Of a stretch of 64,000 nucleotides of DNA, positions 1-26,687 are shown piece by piece. The notes below the pieces were generated by a model, which saw nothing but the letters and a program-made list of their open reading frames with translations, did no database searches and was not told the origin of the DNA. Source of the stretch: Eledone cirrhosa (taxonomy: Eukaryota); the NCBI GenBank assembly GCA_964016885.1, contig OZ024760.1:14694001-14758000 (forward strand). The letters are read 5' to 3'. The position numbers and the translations under genes were made by a program. Position 1 is the stretch's first letter, and every line of letters begins with the position of its first letter.

Positions 1-16031
<16,031 letters not shown>

Positions 16032-16617
16032 CGTTTTCTGGTAAGAAGGAAAGAATTTAATAGTTGAATATACAAAATAAAATAAAAATAATAAATAAAT
16101 AAATAAATATAGAAATAAATAAATATAGAAATAAGGTGGAAAAAACTTTGAGAGCAAATCAATATCATCCTCATCCTCAACATCATCATCATCATCATCA
16201 TTATCATCATCATCACTATGGTCGTCGTCGACATGTGTAGGTACGAGGAAGAGAAAGTCGAAGAAAGACGTAGGCGGTGAGAGTGAAAAGTTAACCATAA
16301 GAAACTAAACCTCACAAGCTGAGATAACTAGGAAAGAAACGAGAGGAAAGATCACAATGCAATTGTAACCTAAGCAAACATGAAAGAACAGCCCAACTCC
16401 CACTGTCATCGCCTCCATTTCTCTGGCCCTCCTCATCTCTCCGTATGGTGAGCAAATGGGGTCCCACGTGATGGCCTCCCCACAGCCCCGGTGGACAGAA
16501 TGGAGAAGGCGCTGTACTGGAGAAAACTCCTTTAACCCACGGAAGGCAAAGAAAAAGAAAAGAAAAGAAAAATAAAGAAAAGACATAAAAATATTATATT
16601 TGTAGGATAAGAGTAAC

Positions 16618-16800
16618 CTTGGCAGTGGAGACTTCTGGTGTCCTCGGCCCTAGGGCTACCTCCCTACTCACCACCATTGGCACTGAGCTGGCCCGCCGCG
16701 GGTGTGAGCCCCCGAGTTGGAGTGGCTCTTCCAGCGCGTCTCCGTTGCCGTCCTCCGGTGAAACGCCTTCTCCATTCTGTCCGCCGGGGCTGTGGGAGAG
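16618..16800 (+). mobile_element. 3' fragment of a CRE-like (RLE endonuclease) non-LTR retrotransposon
   Basis: [27 protein letters not shown], then after a frameshift LFQRVSVAVLR.NAF; an inverted piece lies at about 16440-16520. Confidence 0.65.
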
Positions 16801-16961
16801 ACAAGCCGATTATATTACGAATTCTGTTGAATAGTCTTAAATACTTCAATACTTTGAGAAAAGTAGTTGCATATGTCACTGTTGTAACTAGCTATGCTTA
16901 ACTCGTCCTATTGACTGGGTGCTCGAAACCCTTCGATATTTATACCAAATTTGTACCACAG

Positions 16962-17012
<51 letters not shown>

Positions 17013-17642
17013 TCCGATACAGTAACTCTCTCTAAAGCATGGTATAGCAAGCCACATCGGACACAGGAATAGTTCCTTTATTTTCCTCGGAAGAAGAGAT
17101 ATTAATCTCGAAATATCAGGATATATGAATAAATTAATGTTAAAAAAAAAAAAAACCCTGTTTCTTACGATTTAATTATTCTCCGTCTAAACGCACATTG
17201 TTGTGGCTTTCAAACTTCGAATTCTTTATTTATTTATTTATTTATTCAATTTAAACGTTCGTATAGAGTTAGTAAGCCAGGACAAACTAGGGTAAGTACC
17301 AAGTACTTCTTACAGTTGGTAATCTGAAAGAGCTAGTGAGAGAAGTAATAAAAAAGAAAAGAAAACAGAAAAAAACTAAAAACTAAAATAAAAATAAAAA
17401 AAAAAGAGAAAAAAGGAGAAAAATAAAATGACAAAAATAAAATTTCAAATATTGTAATCTATGCGAAGGCAATCGTGGGCCTCGTAATCTGTATTGAAAA
17501 CAATCTATTTAGGCTAGCGGTCACTGCATAAATAAGAAAGTACAGGGATTGGTAAACTGTAGTAAAGACATAAATTCGATATTATGTAAGATAATTATGT
17601 GAGGTAAAGACTTTACCGTGAAAATACAATAGTAAATATAGA

Positions 17643-17821
17643 ATAATTGTTTCTACTTTAGGCACAAGGCCAGCAATTACACAGTGCATTACTGGTACTT
17701 TATTTTATCGACCCCGTAAGGATGAAAGGCAAAGTCAACCTCGGCGGGATTTGAACTCAGATCGTAAAGGGACGTAACTATGATGGAAAGCATGGCGTCC
17801 GACCCTCTACCGATACTACCA
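17643..17821 (-). mobile_element. Family A SINE inserted into a piggyBac-like MITE remnant
   Basis: Consensus match flanked by MITE-family sequence. Confidence 0.7.
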
Positions 17822-18193
17822 AAAATGAGTTAAACCAATAATATCCAGCCAGAATTTATCTCACTTCGTTCTGTTCAAACCGGCTGTAACTGGCCACTCA
17901 TACTAATGTTAAGGTATTGTTCTCAAAATAAATAAAATCAAAATCTCATAAATTCGGTATTATGTGAGGTAATTATGTGAGGTAAAGACTTTACAGTGAA
18001 AATACAATAGTAAATATAGAGTAATGTGACTGTTAAAGGGTTAAAACGTTAAAATAAACTAATAAAGAGCTGGTGTACTGCAGTGAATTAATTTAACCTA
18101 TTTGAAGCAAAAAAAAAAAAAAAAAAAAAATGATTTAAAAACGATAACGACGAAGATAATGGTGATGACGATATTATTTAGATGAAACCTTAC

Positions 18194-18350
18194 CAGGATG
18201 TCAGCTTGGAGACAAACTAAATCTAATGCAATATCCAGCCACGTAGCTCTCGAGGTTTGATGCTTCTCGGATATTATTCTATTGTTTTGTTGTGCTTATT
18301 GTTTTTGTTGTTGTTGTTTTTCCCCCCTCAAAACACTAACACAGCAGCGG
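18194..18350 (-). other. Candidate 5'-UTR exon of the FRRS1-like gene
   Basis: Strong donor CTG|GTAAGG at 18194/18193 in non-repetitive sequence. The first coding exon has an acceptor just before its ATG, so an upstream exon is expected. The 5' boundary is a guess. Confidence 0.35.
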
Positions 18351-19000
18351 TGCGATGAATGTTAAATCGACCCAGAAATATTTCACTGCCCACTGAAGGA
18401 GGTAAATTCATCTTGTGTTTGCAGGCGATAACATACGATTAGATATTACAATAAGATGGGGTCAACGTTCAAGTATTCCTCTACGGAGCCAAAAAGTACT
18501 TCAAAGGCCACCAGTATGCCTGCTGCAATTGTGGTAATTTTAGACATTTAACTCTTAAAGTCCTGTACCGCATGAAATCGCATAAGCACTATCAGACCTG
18601 CAACTAAAATTTTTTTCAACTTGCTGATGCGTATGTGTATATGTGTGTGCGTGTGTGTATGTGTATGCATTTATATGTATGAGTATATAAATATGAACGT
18701 GCAAACACAGACACACTTACAAAAATACATACTCACAGACATACATTCACACAAACACACACATACATTTATACAAACATACACATACACTCACACACAG
18801 CGTAGTTTTTTCTCCGTCCCCACCCTTCCTTTTACACGCACATACATTCACGTGGGCAGGTAGCAGACGTAAAGAGAGAGTAGTAGTATGAGGTAGTCAA
18901 ACTACTTCTCTCTCTTTACGTGTTGTGACAGAATCGCAGAAATTTATATTTAGATCTAACTCTTAACGTCCTGTACAGCATAAGACCATATAAGCACTAC

Positions 19001-19544
19001 CAGACCTACCAACCTCTAAAAACTCAAAAGGGGCGTACCATGAAAAAGAAATGCCCTGAAACGGGGAGAAATTAGGCAAAATGGAAAAATTTTACATAAT
19101 GAAAGCTATACCCATTTTCACAAGAGAAGACATCTCTCACCCAGCCCAAAGTGGGTGGAAGATCTCCCTGTCGGACGGGGGGAGTTGACAGGTCTGCACT
19201 ATGGTTGCATCAGAATTAACACCAAAAATCTTTATTTTAGTTTACTGCATTTTTTCACCATGATTGGTCCATTAAACATACTGTAAACATTTAAATTACC
19301 AGACAGTATAAACCCATTAGACATTCTTGAAAACTATAAAAAAAACCACTATGATTGCATCACATTAACAGACCTGTCAATTCTCCTCACCCGACAGGGA
19401 GATCTCTCACCCACTTTGGGGTGGGTGAAAGATCTCTTCTCTTGTGAAAATGAGTATAGCTTCCATTTTGCCTCATTTCTCCCCATTTTGGGCCCTTTTT
19501 TTAATGGTACTCTCCGTTTGGGTTTTTAGAGGTTGGCAGGTCTG
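19001..19544. mobile_element. Two inverted copies of a short MITE with CAGACCT-type TIRs (19001-19196 and 19369-19544)
   Basis: CAGACCTACCAAC...GTTGACAGGTCTG and CAGACCTGTCAA...GTTGGCAGGTCTG; the bodies are reverse complements. Confidence 0.75.
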
Positions 19545-20119
19545 CATTAAAAATTAAACTCTTTACTTTAATGCTGAAAATTTTCATAACGATCTGTTCA
19601 CTATTAAAGTTACTATAAATATTTGATTTGATAAACCTATTTTTAGAAAATGTTCTGCTAAATCATTACAGGATGTTAAAAATTGATCCCCTTTCGACTC
19701 CATAAGTCCATTCTTCATTAGCTATGTACATTTTTTTTAGCTATCTAAATTGTTCTGCAAAATCATTATAGAGCGTCATGAAATTAAATACCATATTTGC
19801 CAGCACATTGGACGCACTTGAAAAAAAAAAAAAACATATAACAAAAAAGTTCCCTGCGTTCAATACACCCGTATCATCGATGAAAGGCCGAACTGAGAGT
19901 GAGCACAATCATGGACTGGTACTTTTTTTATCGACCTTGAAAGGATGAAAGCGAAGTTGCACTCGGCGGGATTTGAACTTAGGGTACGAGTGGAAAGCCG
20001 GAACGAATACCGCATAGCGTTCTATCCGACGTTCTAACAACTCTTCCAACAATTTGCTGAGTGGAACAAAGATGGAACAGGAAAAATTAGATTTATTATT
20101 ATTATTTTTTTTTTTTTAG

Positions 20120-20495
20120 GGCAGTATCGGTGGAGGGTCGGACGCCATGCTTTCCAGTATAGTTACGTCCCTTTACGGTCTGAGTTCAAATCCCGTCGAG
20201 GTTAACTTTGCCTTTCATCCTTACGGGGTCGATAAAATAAAGCGCCAGTAATCTACTGGGGTCGATTTAATCGACTTTACCCCACCCCACCCACCCCAAA
20301 TTACTGGCGTTGTGCTAGATTGGCAGTATCGGTAGAGGGTCGGACGCCATGCTTTGACGCATAGAGTTACGACCCTTACCATTCTGAGTTCAAATCCCGC
20401 CGAGGTTAACTTTGCCTTTCATCCTTACGGGGTCGATAAAATAAAGTACCAGTAATGTACTGGATAATTGCTGGCCAAAAGAAGAAACAATTATT
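20120..20495 (+). mobile_element. Two head-to-tail family A SINEs upstream of CFAP57 copy 1
   Basis: Copies at about 20120-20315 and 20318-20495, both with B-box GAGTTCAAATCC. Confidence 0.75.
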
Positions 20496-20928
20496 ATTAT
20501 TATTTTTTTTTTCTTTTGACATTTAAGAAAGTTTTATGAGAGAAACTGAGAAATAAAATATTCAGTACTGTCAGAACATCGCTACCTCAATGATACGAAC
20601 CCAGGCGGTTATAGAGGTAGCATTCTATGGAGTGTGTGTGTGTAGGGGGGGGGGGGGGGGTCCATGCGTAAGCTGTCTCGGACTGTCTCGTGGTCCTAGC
20701 GGGGACAAAATTGAGAAAACGTTGCCTCGGAGGATGACGAGGGGAGACGCGTTGGAAGGAAAAATGTTAAGACTGTCATTTGGTTCACGTGACCAGTATA
20801 ATCTTAAAGCGTTCTTTCTAGATTTTATCAACTATTTACATTACAATATTCGTTAAAAAGAAATGCTGCAAGAATAGTTTATTGAAAAAAACAAAAAAAA
20901 ACAATTAAAAAAAACATCAACTTTTCCA

Positions 20929-23900
20929 ATGCCTCTTGTTTCAACTACTGTAAAATATTTAGTTGGAATCACATCGAATTTTCCCAGCAATGTTTTCTTT
21001 CTTGATGAGGAGACGATTGTATATCCGTGTGGAAGTTATTGTGTCTTTTATAACACCGAAAATAAAACAATGCGGTTACTCCTAGCATCAGAAAAAGGAG
21101 TTGAAATAACTGCCATGACTGTAAGTCCGAACCGTAACTATACGGCCGTTGCTTTGAAATATGACAAACCATCTATAAATATCCTTGATTTGTTCACTTT
21201 ACGAAAGAAAAAAACTTTAGTTTGCACTGATTTACACAATTGTAAGATAGTTAGTGTATCTTTCTCGTGTGATTCTCGAACACTCGTTGCCATATGTAAC
21301 GACCCATCAGGAACTTTACTTTACTGGTCATGGGACAAAACAAAACTACTTCTAACTACCAAGACCACGCATTCTCTTCTACCAGAGACTCTTCATTGTG
21401 TCAGCTTTAACCCCCAAGATCATCTCAACGTGTTTGTACTTGGCAATGGGCTTCTAAAATCATACCGCTTCGCCGAAGGCAACCTCAAACAGTTCAGTTT
21501 CCCGAAGATTGAACCTCGAGATTTCAAATGCTTTTGTTGGGATGTGAACGAACGTCTTTTGGTGGGTACAGACATTGGTAAAGTATTATTTATTGAAGGT
21601 ACCGATTTAAGACAGGAATTTAACGTACTCCAATATTTGAATATTCAGAACAATTTGGAGAAGACGCTAGGAGTGACGGCAATTGCTAGTTATTCTAAAG
21701 GATTCATTACAGCGTGTGGTACGAAATATGTGCAGTTTTTTGAAAGAGTTCAAGACACGGAGAGTTACAGGTTTGTTAGGAATGTTTTGCTGCCGCCGGA
21801 TACGTTGGAGAATAGAAAACTATGCAACCAAATTGTTACATGTATGATAGTGAATCCATCGGAGGAAATTCTGGTGATTAGCACCGATATGAAACAACTG
21901 TATTCTACGCCTGTTTATCTGCCCGAAAGGAGACACACGAGGCAACCGTGCTCGTTTGATGTTTTAGTGCAACCTTTCCATTATAAATCTATCACTGGCT
22001 GTAGTGTCTGTTCGTGGAAACCTGTCATGGTAACCAGCTCTCTGGACGGTTGGATAAAGATGTGGAACTATGAAACATTTACCTTACATCTTTCTAAAGA
22101 CTTTGGAGAGGAAGTTCTCAGTATATCTCTGCATCCAATGGGACTATTTCTTCTGGCAGGCTTTACTGACAAATTACGTTTCATGTATGTTTTAAGGGAC
22201 GACTTCAAACCTTATAAAGAATTCAGTATCCGCTCGTGTACATATTGCAAGTTTAGTCGAGGTGGTCAGATGTTTGCAGCAGTCAGTAACAACACTATTA
22301 TTATCTACTCATCAATTACTTTTGAAACATTGTTTAATCTGAAGGGCCATAACGGTGAAGTGAAAGTTGTCACCTGGAGTATCGACGATAACAACCTCAT
22401 ATCATGCGGTTTGGATGGGGCAGTGTATGACTGGGAACTAAAAACTGGCAGGCGAATCGGTCAGTGTGTCTTAAAATCCTGTGCTTATAACGATGTTGTC
22501 ATCAATTTTGAGAACAAGAACCTCTATGCTGTTGGCTCAGATTATTCCTTGAAAGAAATTTATGAGTCGGATATATTGCGAACGTTTCCATCAGGCGAGG
22601 ATGTTCTTTTCACATCAGTAGCCCTGTCATGGTCCAATAAAATTATGTTTGTTGGAACAAATCGTGGTTTTATAAAAAACCTCCAATACCCTTTATCGAC
22701 TGGAAAATGTTTTGATTATCCATGTCATAATCTCGGGATTACCCACGCAATTTTTACAACTGACGATAGATTCTTAATTACAACATCAGAAGATGCTTCG
22801 ATTGCAATATGGAAGATCATCCTTCCCGAAGAATTCTCTTGGAAACGTGATTACATTATCTCTTGGTCTGAAGAGATTTTAATTCCAATGTCCGATTTGG
22901 AAGAGAAAAACAATTTACTTTCAGAATTGAAGGCCCGCGTAGAAGAGCTAGATATGGAAAACGAGTACCAAATGCACCTTAAAGACAAGAGCTACAATGA
23001 TAAAATGAAAGACTTGACCGAAAAATTTATTCAAGAAATCGAAAATTTGAAAACCAAAAATCAAGTCCTGCAGAATGATAAAAACAAACTGGAAGCGAAG
23101 CATGACGAAGAAATGTCTGAGGTAATGGAAAACCACAGCAAAAACTTGCAGATTATCGGATTTACCAATGATAAGAAGCTATTGGAAGAATATGAAAAAT
23201 TCAAGGATCTTCACAGCAGGCTGGTCAAACAACAAGAGGACCACGACCAATACATACAGGAGTTGGAAGAAAAGCAAAAGAAGTTACAAAATGAATTGAC
23301 AAAACACTATGAAGGGCAACTTCTTGAAGCGGAGAGAAAACAAGATGAGTGCCGGGAAGATATTTTGCTACAACAAAAGGAATACGAGGAAATGAAGAGA
23401 CAAATGGAGGAAGATGCCGACATGGAGATCGTATACACGAAAACCAATTACGAACAACAGCTGTATCACGAAAGAATCTTCAATTCTAAAGTAAAAGACG
23501 AAAATAATATTTTGAAGAAGAAGCTCTCAGCTTTTCCCAAAGAACTGAGAGAAAGCAAGGATGAATGTCGGAAATACAAACTGGAAATGAAAAGACTGAA
23601 TATTATCATAAATAATCTGGAGAAAGATATACAATGTTTGAAGAAAGAGCTACAACATCAAGACCAGGATGTAGACGACGACGAGAGAAGTTATTATGAC
23701 CTAAAGCTGAAACAGCACGAGCTCGAGAAACTGAAATGTGAACTGGAATTTAAGAAGATCACCGAACTACGAGAGCAAGTAGAACAGAGGGATACGGAAA
23801 TCAATAACATGAAAGGACAAATCCGGGGCATGCAAAGGGAATTGGAACATTTCACGCTACAGTTTATCAACATGGAACACGGTATGACAGAAACGAAACA

Positions 23901-24300
23901 GAAATTGGGAGCGGCTACACAAGAGCTGTACAACCAACGTATGGCCCTACAACAAAAGAAAGCATTGTTAGATAAGTTCTGCGCTGATCTAATCGACTGC
24001 ACCTATTTCATACAAGACCCAGAAAAACTAAAGAGCAATATTAGATCTCTTTATCAAAAATACATTGAACAAAACATTGACAAGATTGTTACGAAAGACC
24101 CCAACGTTCAGTTGGAGTGGGGTCGACAGCGGAACCATTTTGAGTACAGCATACACAAACTGAAGTATCAACTGATACGCTCCAATAAAAGTGCCGCTGT
24201 GGAGAATGAAGACCTCATAAACAAATGCCATAAGATGGGGGATATGTTACAGTTGGAAAGAGAAAGAAACCGTCGCCTGGTGTCGATAATGAAACGATGA
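20929..24300 (+). CDS. CFAP57: Cilia- and flagella-associated protein 57 (WDR65)-like, intronless copy 1
   Basis: Uninterrupted 1123-aa ORF. N-terminal WD40 repeats (SLHPMGLFLLAGFTDKLRFM; LKGHNGEVK; SCGLDGAVYDW; GQCVLKSCAY) are followed by a long coiled coil (SEEILIPMSDLEEKN...VEELDMENEYQMHLKD; EEDADMEI). Confidence 0.93.
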   Translation: MPLVSTTVKYLVGITSNFPSNVFFLDEETIVYPCGSYCVFYNTENKTMRLLLASEKGVEITAMTVSPNRNYTAVALKYDKPSINILDLFTLRKKKTLVCTDLHNCKIVSVSFSCDSRTLVAICNDPSGTLLYWSWDKTKLLLTTKTTHSLLPETLHCVSFNPQDHLNVFVLGNGLLKSYRFAEGNLKQFSFPKIEPRDFKCFCWDVNERLLVGTDIGKVLFIEGTDLRQEFNVLQYLNIQNNLEKTLGVTAIASYSKGFITACGTKYVQFFERVQDTESYRFVRNVLLPPDTLENRKLCNQIVTCMIVNPSEEILVISTDMKQLYSTPVYLPERRHTRQPCSFDVLVQPFHYKSITGCSVCSWKPVMVTSSLDGWIKMWNYETFTLHLSKDFGEEVLSISLHPMGLFLLAGFTDKLRFMYVLRDDFKPYKEFSIRSCTYCKFSRGGQMFAAVSNNTIIIYSSITFETLFNLKGHNGEVKVVTWSIDDNNLISCGLDGAVYDWELKTGRRIGQCVLKSCAYNDVVINFENKNLYAVGSDYSLKEIYESDILRTFPSGEDVLFTSVALSWSNKIMFVGTNRGFIKNLQYPLSTGKCFDYPCHNLGITHAIFTTDDRFLITTSEDASIAIWKIILPEEFSWKRDYIISWSEEILIPMSDLEEKNNLLSELKARVEELDMENEYQMHLKDKSYNDKMKDLTEKFIQEIENLKTKNQVLQNDKNKLEAKHDEEMSEVMENHSKNLQIIGFTNDKKLLEEYEKFKDLHSRLVKQQEDHDQYIQELEEKQKKLQNELTKHYEGQLLEAERKQDECREDILLQQKEYEEMKRQMEEDADMEIVYTKTNYEQQLYHERIFNSKVKDENNILKKKLSAFPKELRESKDECRKYKLEMKRLNIIINNLEKDIQCLKKELQHQDQDVDDDERSYYDLKLKQHELEKLKCELEFKKITELREQVEQRDTEINNMKGQIRGMQRELEHFTLQFINMEHGMTETKQKLGAATQELYNQRMALQQKKALLDKFCADLIDCTYFIQDPEKLKSNIRSLYQKYIEQNIDKIVTKDPNVQLEWGRQRNHFEYSIHKLKYQLIRSNKSAAVENEDLINKCHKMGDMLQLERERNRRLVSIMKR

Positions 24301-25120
24301 ACATGAAATATGGCCTTCTGAGATCTGGATCGTTGGATTTTATCATCATCGCCCATCATCACCATTTTACATCCGCTTTCCATGCTGGCAAGGGTGCGAC
24401 GGGCTGTTACGATCCGAGACTTGATTGGTCAAGGAAACATGTTTTGTTCATACGTTTTATATATTTGGCATGGTTTCTACGGCTTGATATGTCCTTGCTA
24501 ACGCCAACTACTTTACAGGGTGTACCGGGTGCTATTATCGTTAGAACTAAATAAATCGTACGTTGAGAGACAAAACCTGTGCTATGAAGCAAACATTTTT
24601 TGTTGTTGGTGGTGGTGTGGTTGTTGTGGTTGGTGTTGTTGTTGATGTGGTTGTTGTTGTTGTAGGTGTTGTTAGTGTAGTTGTTGTGGTTGGTTTTGGT
24701 GTTGGAGTTGGTGTTGGTGTTGTGGTTAGTGTTGTGGTTGGTGTTGTTGTTGGTGTTGGTGTTGTTGTTGTTGTTGTTGGTGTTGGTGTTGTTGTTGGTG
24801 GTGGTGTTGTTGTGGTGGTTGTTGTGGTTGTTGTTGTGTTGTTGTTGTTACTACAAATAAAATCAGTGTCACTGAAGTCGAATTTGTTTTTTTTCATCTC
24901 ATTTTTCGATGTTGAAGCGAGAGGTTGGAGAGGGTGACGAGAGGTTGATGAAACAAGATACCACCAGGGTCTAAGGTCCTATCCGAGAACTGGTGTTCTC
25001 TGTTTTCAAAGGTGTGCACTTCAACTGCCAGCTTGAAAAAGGAATTTTGGACGAATGCACAATGGGGAGGAAGAGAGGGGCTTGGAGGCTAGGGTTTTAG
25101 TCTCTTGACAAAAAGTTCAT

Positions 25121-25520
25121 ATAAAGTGAAATTCCGTTATAGCGAAAATCACGGGTATAAAAAATTCGTTGTAACGAAAAATTCTTTATAACGAGATCGA
25201 CCGAAACAAATCGAGCATTTGTTTGTTTAAAAAAATTCGTTGTAACGAAAAATTCTTTATAACGAGATCGACCGAAACAAATCGAGCGTTTGTTTGTATA
25301 AAAAAATTCGTTGTAACGAAAAATTCTTTATAATGAGATCGACCGAAACAAATCGAGCGTTTGTATAAAACAAATTCGTTGTAACGAAGACTTCTTTATA
25401 GCGAGATCGACCGAAACAAATCAAGCGTTTGTTTGTTATTACCTCGGGGATTGAAAACAATTTCGTTATACTGAAAATTCGTTATAATGGTATTCGTTAT
25501 AACGAAATTTTACCTGTATT
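25121..25520. mobile_element. pogo/Tigger-like MITE with an internal ~70-bp tandem array
   Basis: Ends AAGTGAAATTCCGTTATAGCGAA and TTCGTTATAACGAAATTTTACCTGTA; four internal repeats of aaattcgttgtaacgaa...gagatcgaccgaaacaaatc. Confidence 0.6.
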
Positions 25521-25979
25521 ATAAATCTATAGAGGTGTGAGCTGTGACAACGACAATATAGGACTACCTTAGGTAGTCTATCATTAAAACACCCGAGAAA
25601 CCTCTTATGAGATACAAACTCGTGGGAGGCCAGCTAAACACCCTAGAAACTTCATGGGATCTAGGAAGCATGTAGGAAGCATGTAGGAGGCCAGCTAAAC
25701 CTACATAGATGCGGGGTGCAACAACATAAACCTGGAGTCCCTATCATTAAAACACCCTAGACACTTCATGGGATGTAGGAAGCATGTGGGAAGCCAGCTA
25801 AACCTACATAGATGCGAGCTGTAAATTTCTGTTCACCTTTCAAACACATTTCTCTCATTGTCCTTGATTATCATGTACAAAACTACAAGTAAGGCTGTTC
25901 CTTTGTTTGAACAGCTGCAGCTCACTCATTCACGAAACTGACGGAAACCAATTCCAATCCATTCTATTGCTATAGACGC

Positions 25980-26375
25980 AACCTGGTGCAGTCTGCGACT
26001 AACCCAGGTACTGCTGCACGTCGAGCTGAGGAGGCCAAACTCCAAGTACCGGTCGCTCTCCGACAGGTTCGCGGTTGTGCCATTGGCAGTGGAGACTTCA
26101 GGTGTCCTTGGCCCTAGGGCTACCTCCCTACTTACCACCATAGGCGCTGAGTTGACCACCTGTAGCAGTGGGGACTTCTGGTGTTCTTGGCCCTAGGACT
26201 ACCTCCCTATTCACCACCATAGGCGTTGAGCTGGCCAGCCGCAGGTGTGAGCCTCGCGAGTTGGAATGGCTCATCTCCCTTACCATCCTCCGGGGAAACG
26301 CCTTCTCCATCCTGTCCACCGGGGCTGTGGAGAGGCCAGCACGTGGGACCCTATTTGCTCACCATACGGATTAAT
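25980..26375 (+). mobile_element. 3' fragment of a CRE-like non-LTR retrotransposon
   Basis: PGTAARRAEEAK / [24 protein letters not shown]...ILRGNAFSIL; frameshifted and internally duplicated. Confidence 0.7.
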
Positions 26376-26687
26376 AGGCAAAGTTATAAACTATTGTAAA
26401 TAAATGTTTGTGACTCTTTATTGAAAAGAAAACATCAAAAAATTGACATACATATTGTGACGTAAAAAAATCTGTTGTAATTTTAATGAAAGAACTGTAT
26501 GTGTGCTTTTGCACCATTATGTATGTATATGAGTATGTGAGTAAGAGAGAGATAGTGTATGTGTGTGTGTTCGCGCTCGCGTGTGTGTGTTATGACGTAA
26601 TCTTTTTATAAACTTAAAACCTAGCTTTTAGAATACCATTAACACTTATCAGATAATCGTAAGAAAATCAAGCAGGAAAGTTAGGAA

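Noticed and set aside
22948-24231. Antisense ORFs recurring in all three CFAP57 copies
   Set aside because: Shadow ORFs caused by coiled-coil codon bias and shared ancestry.
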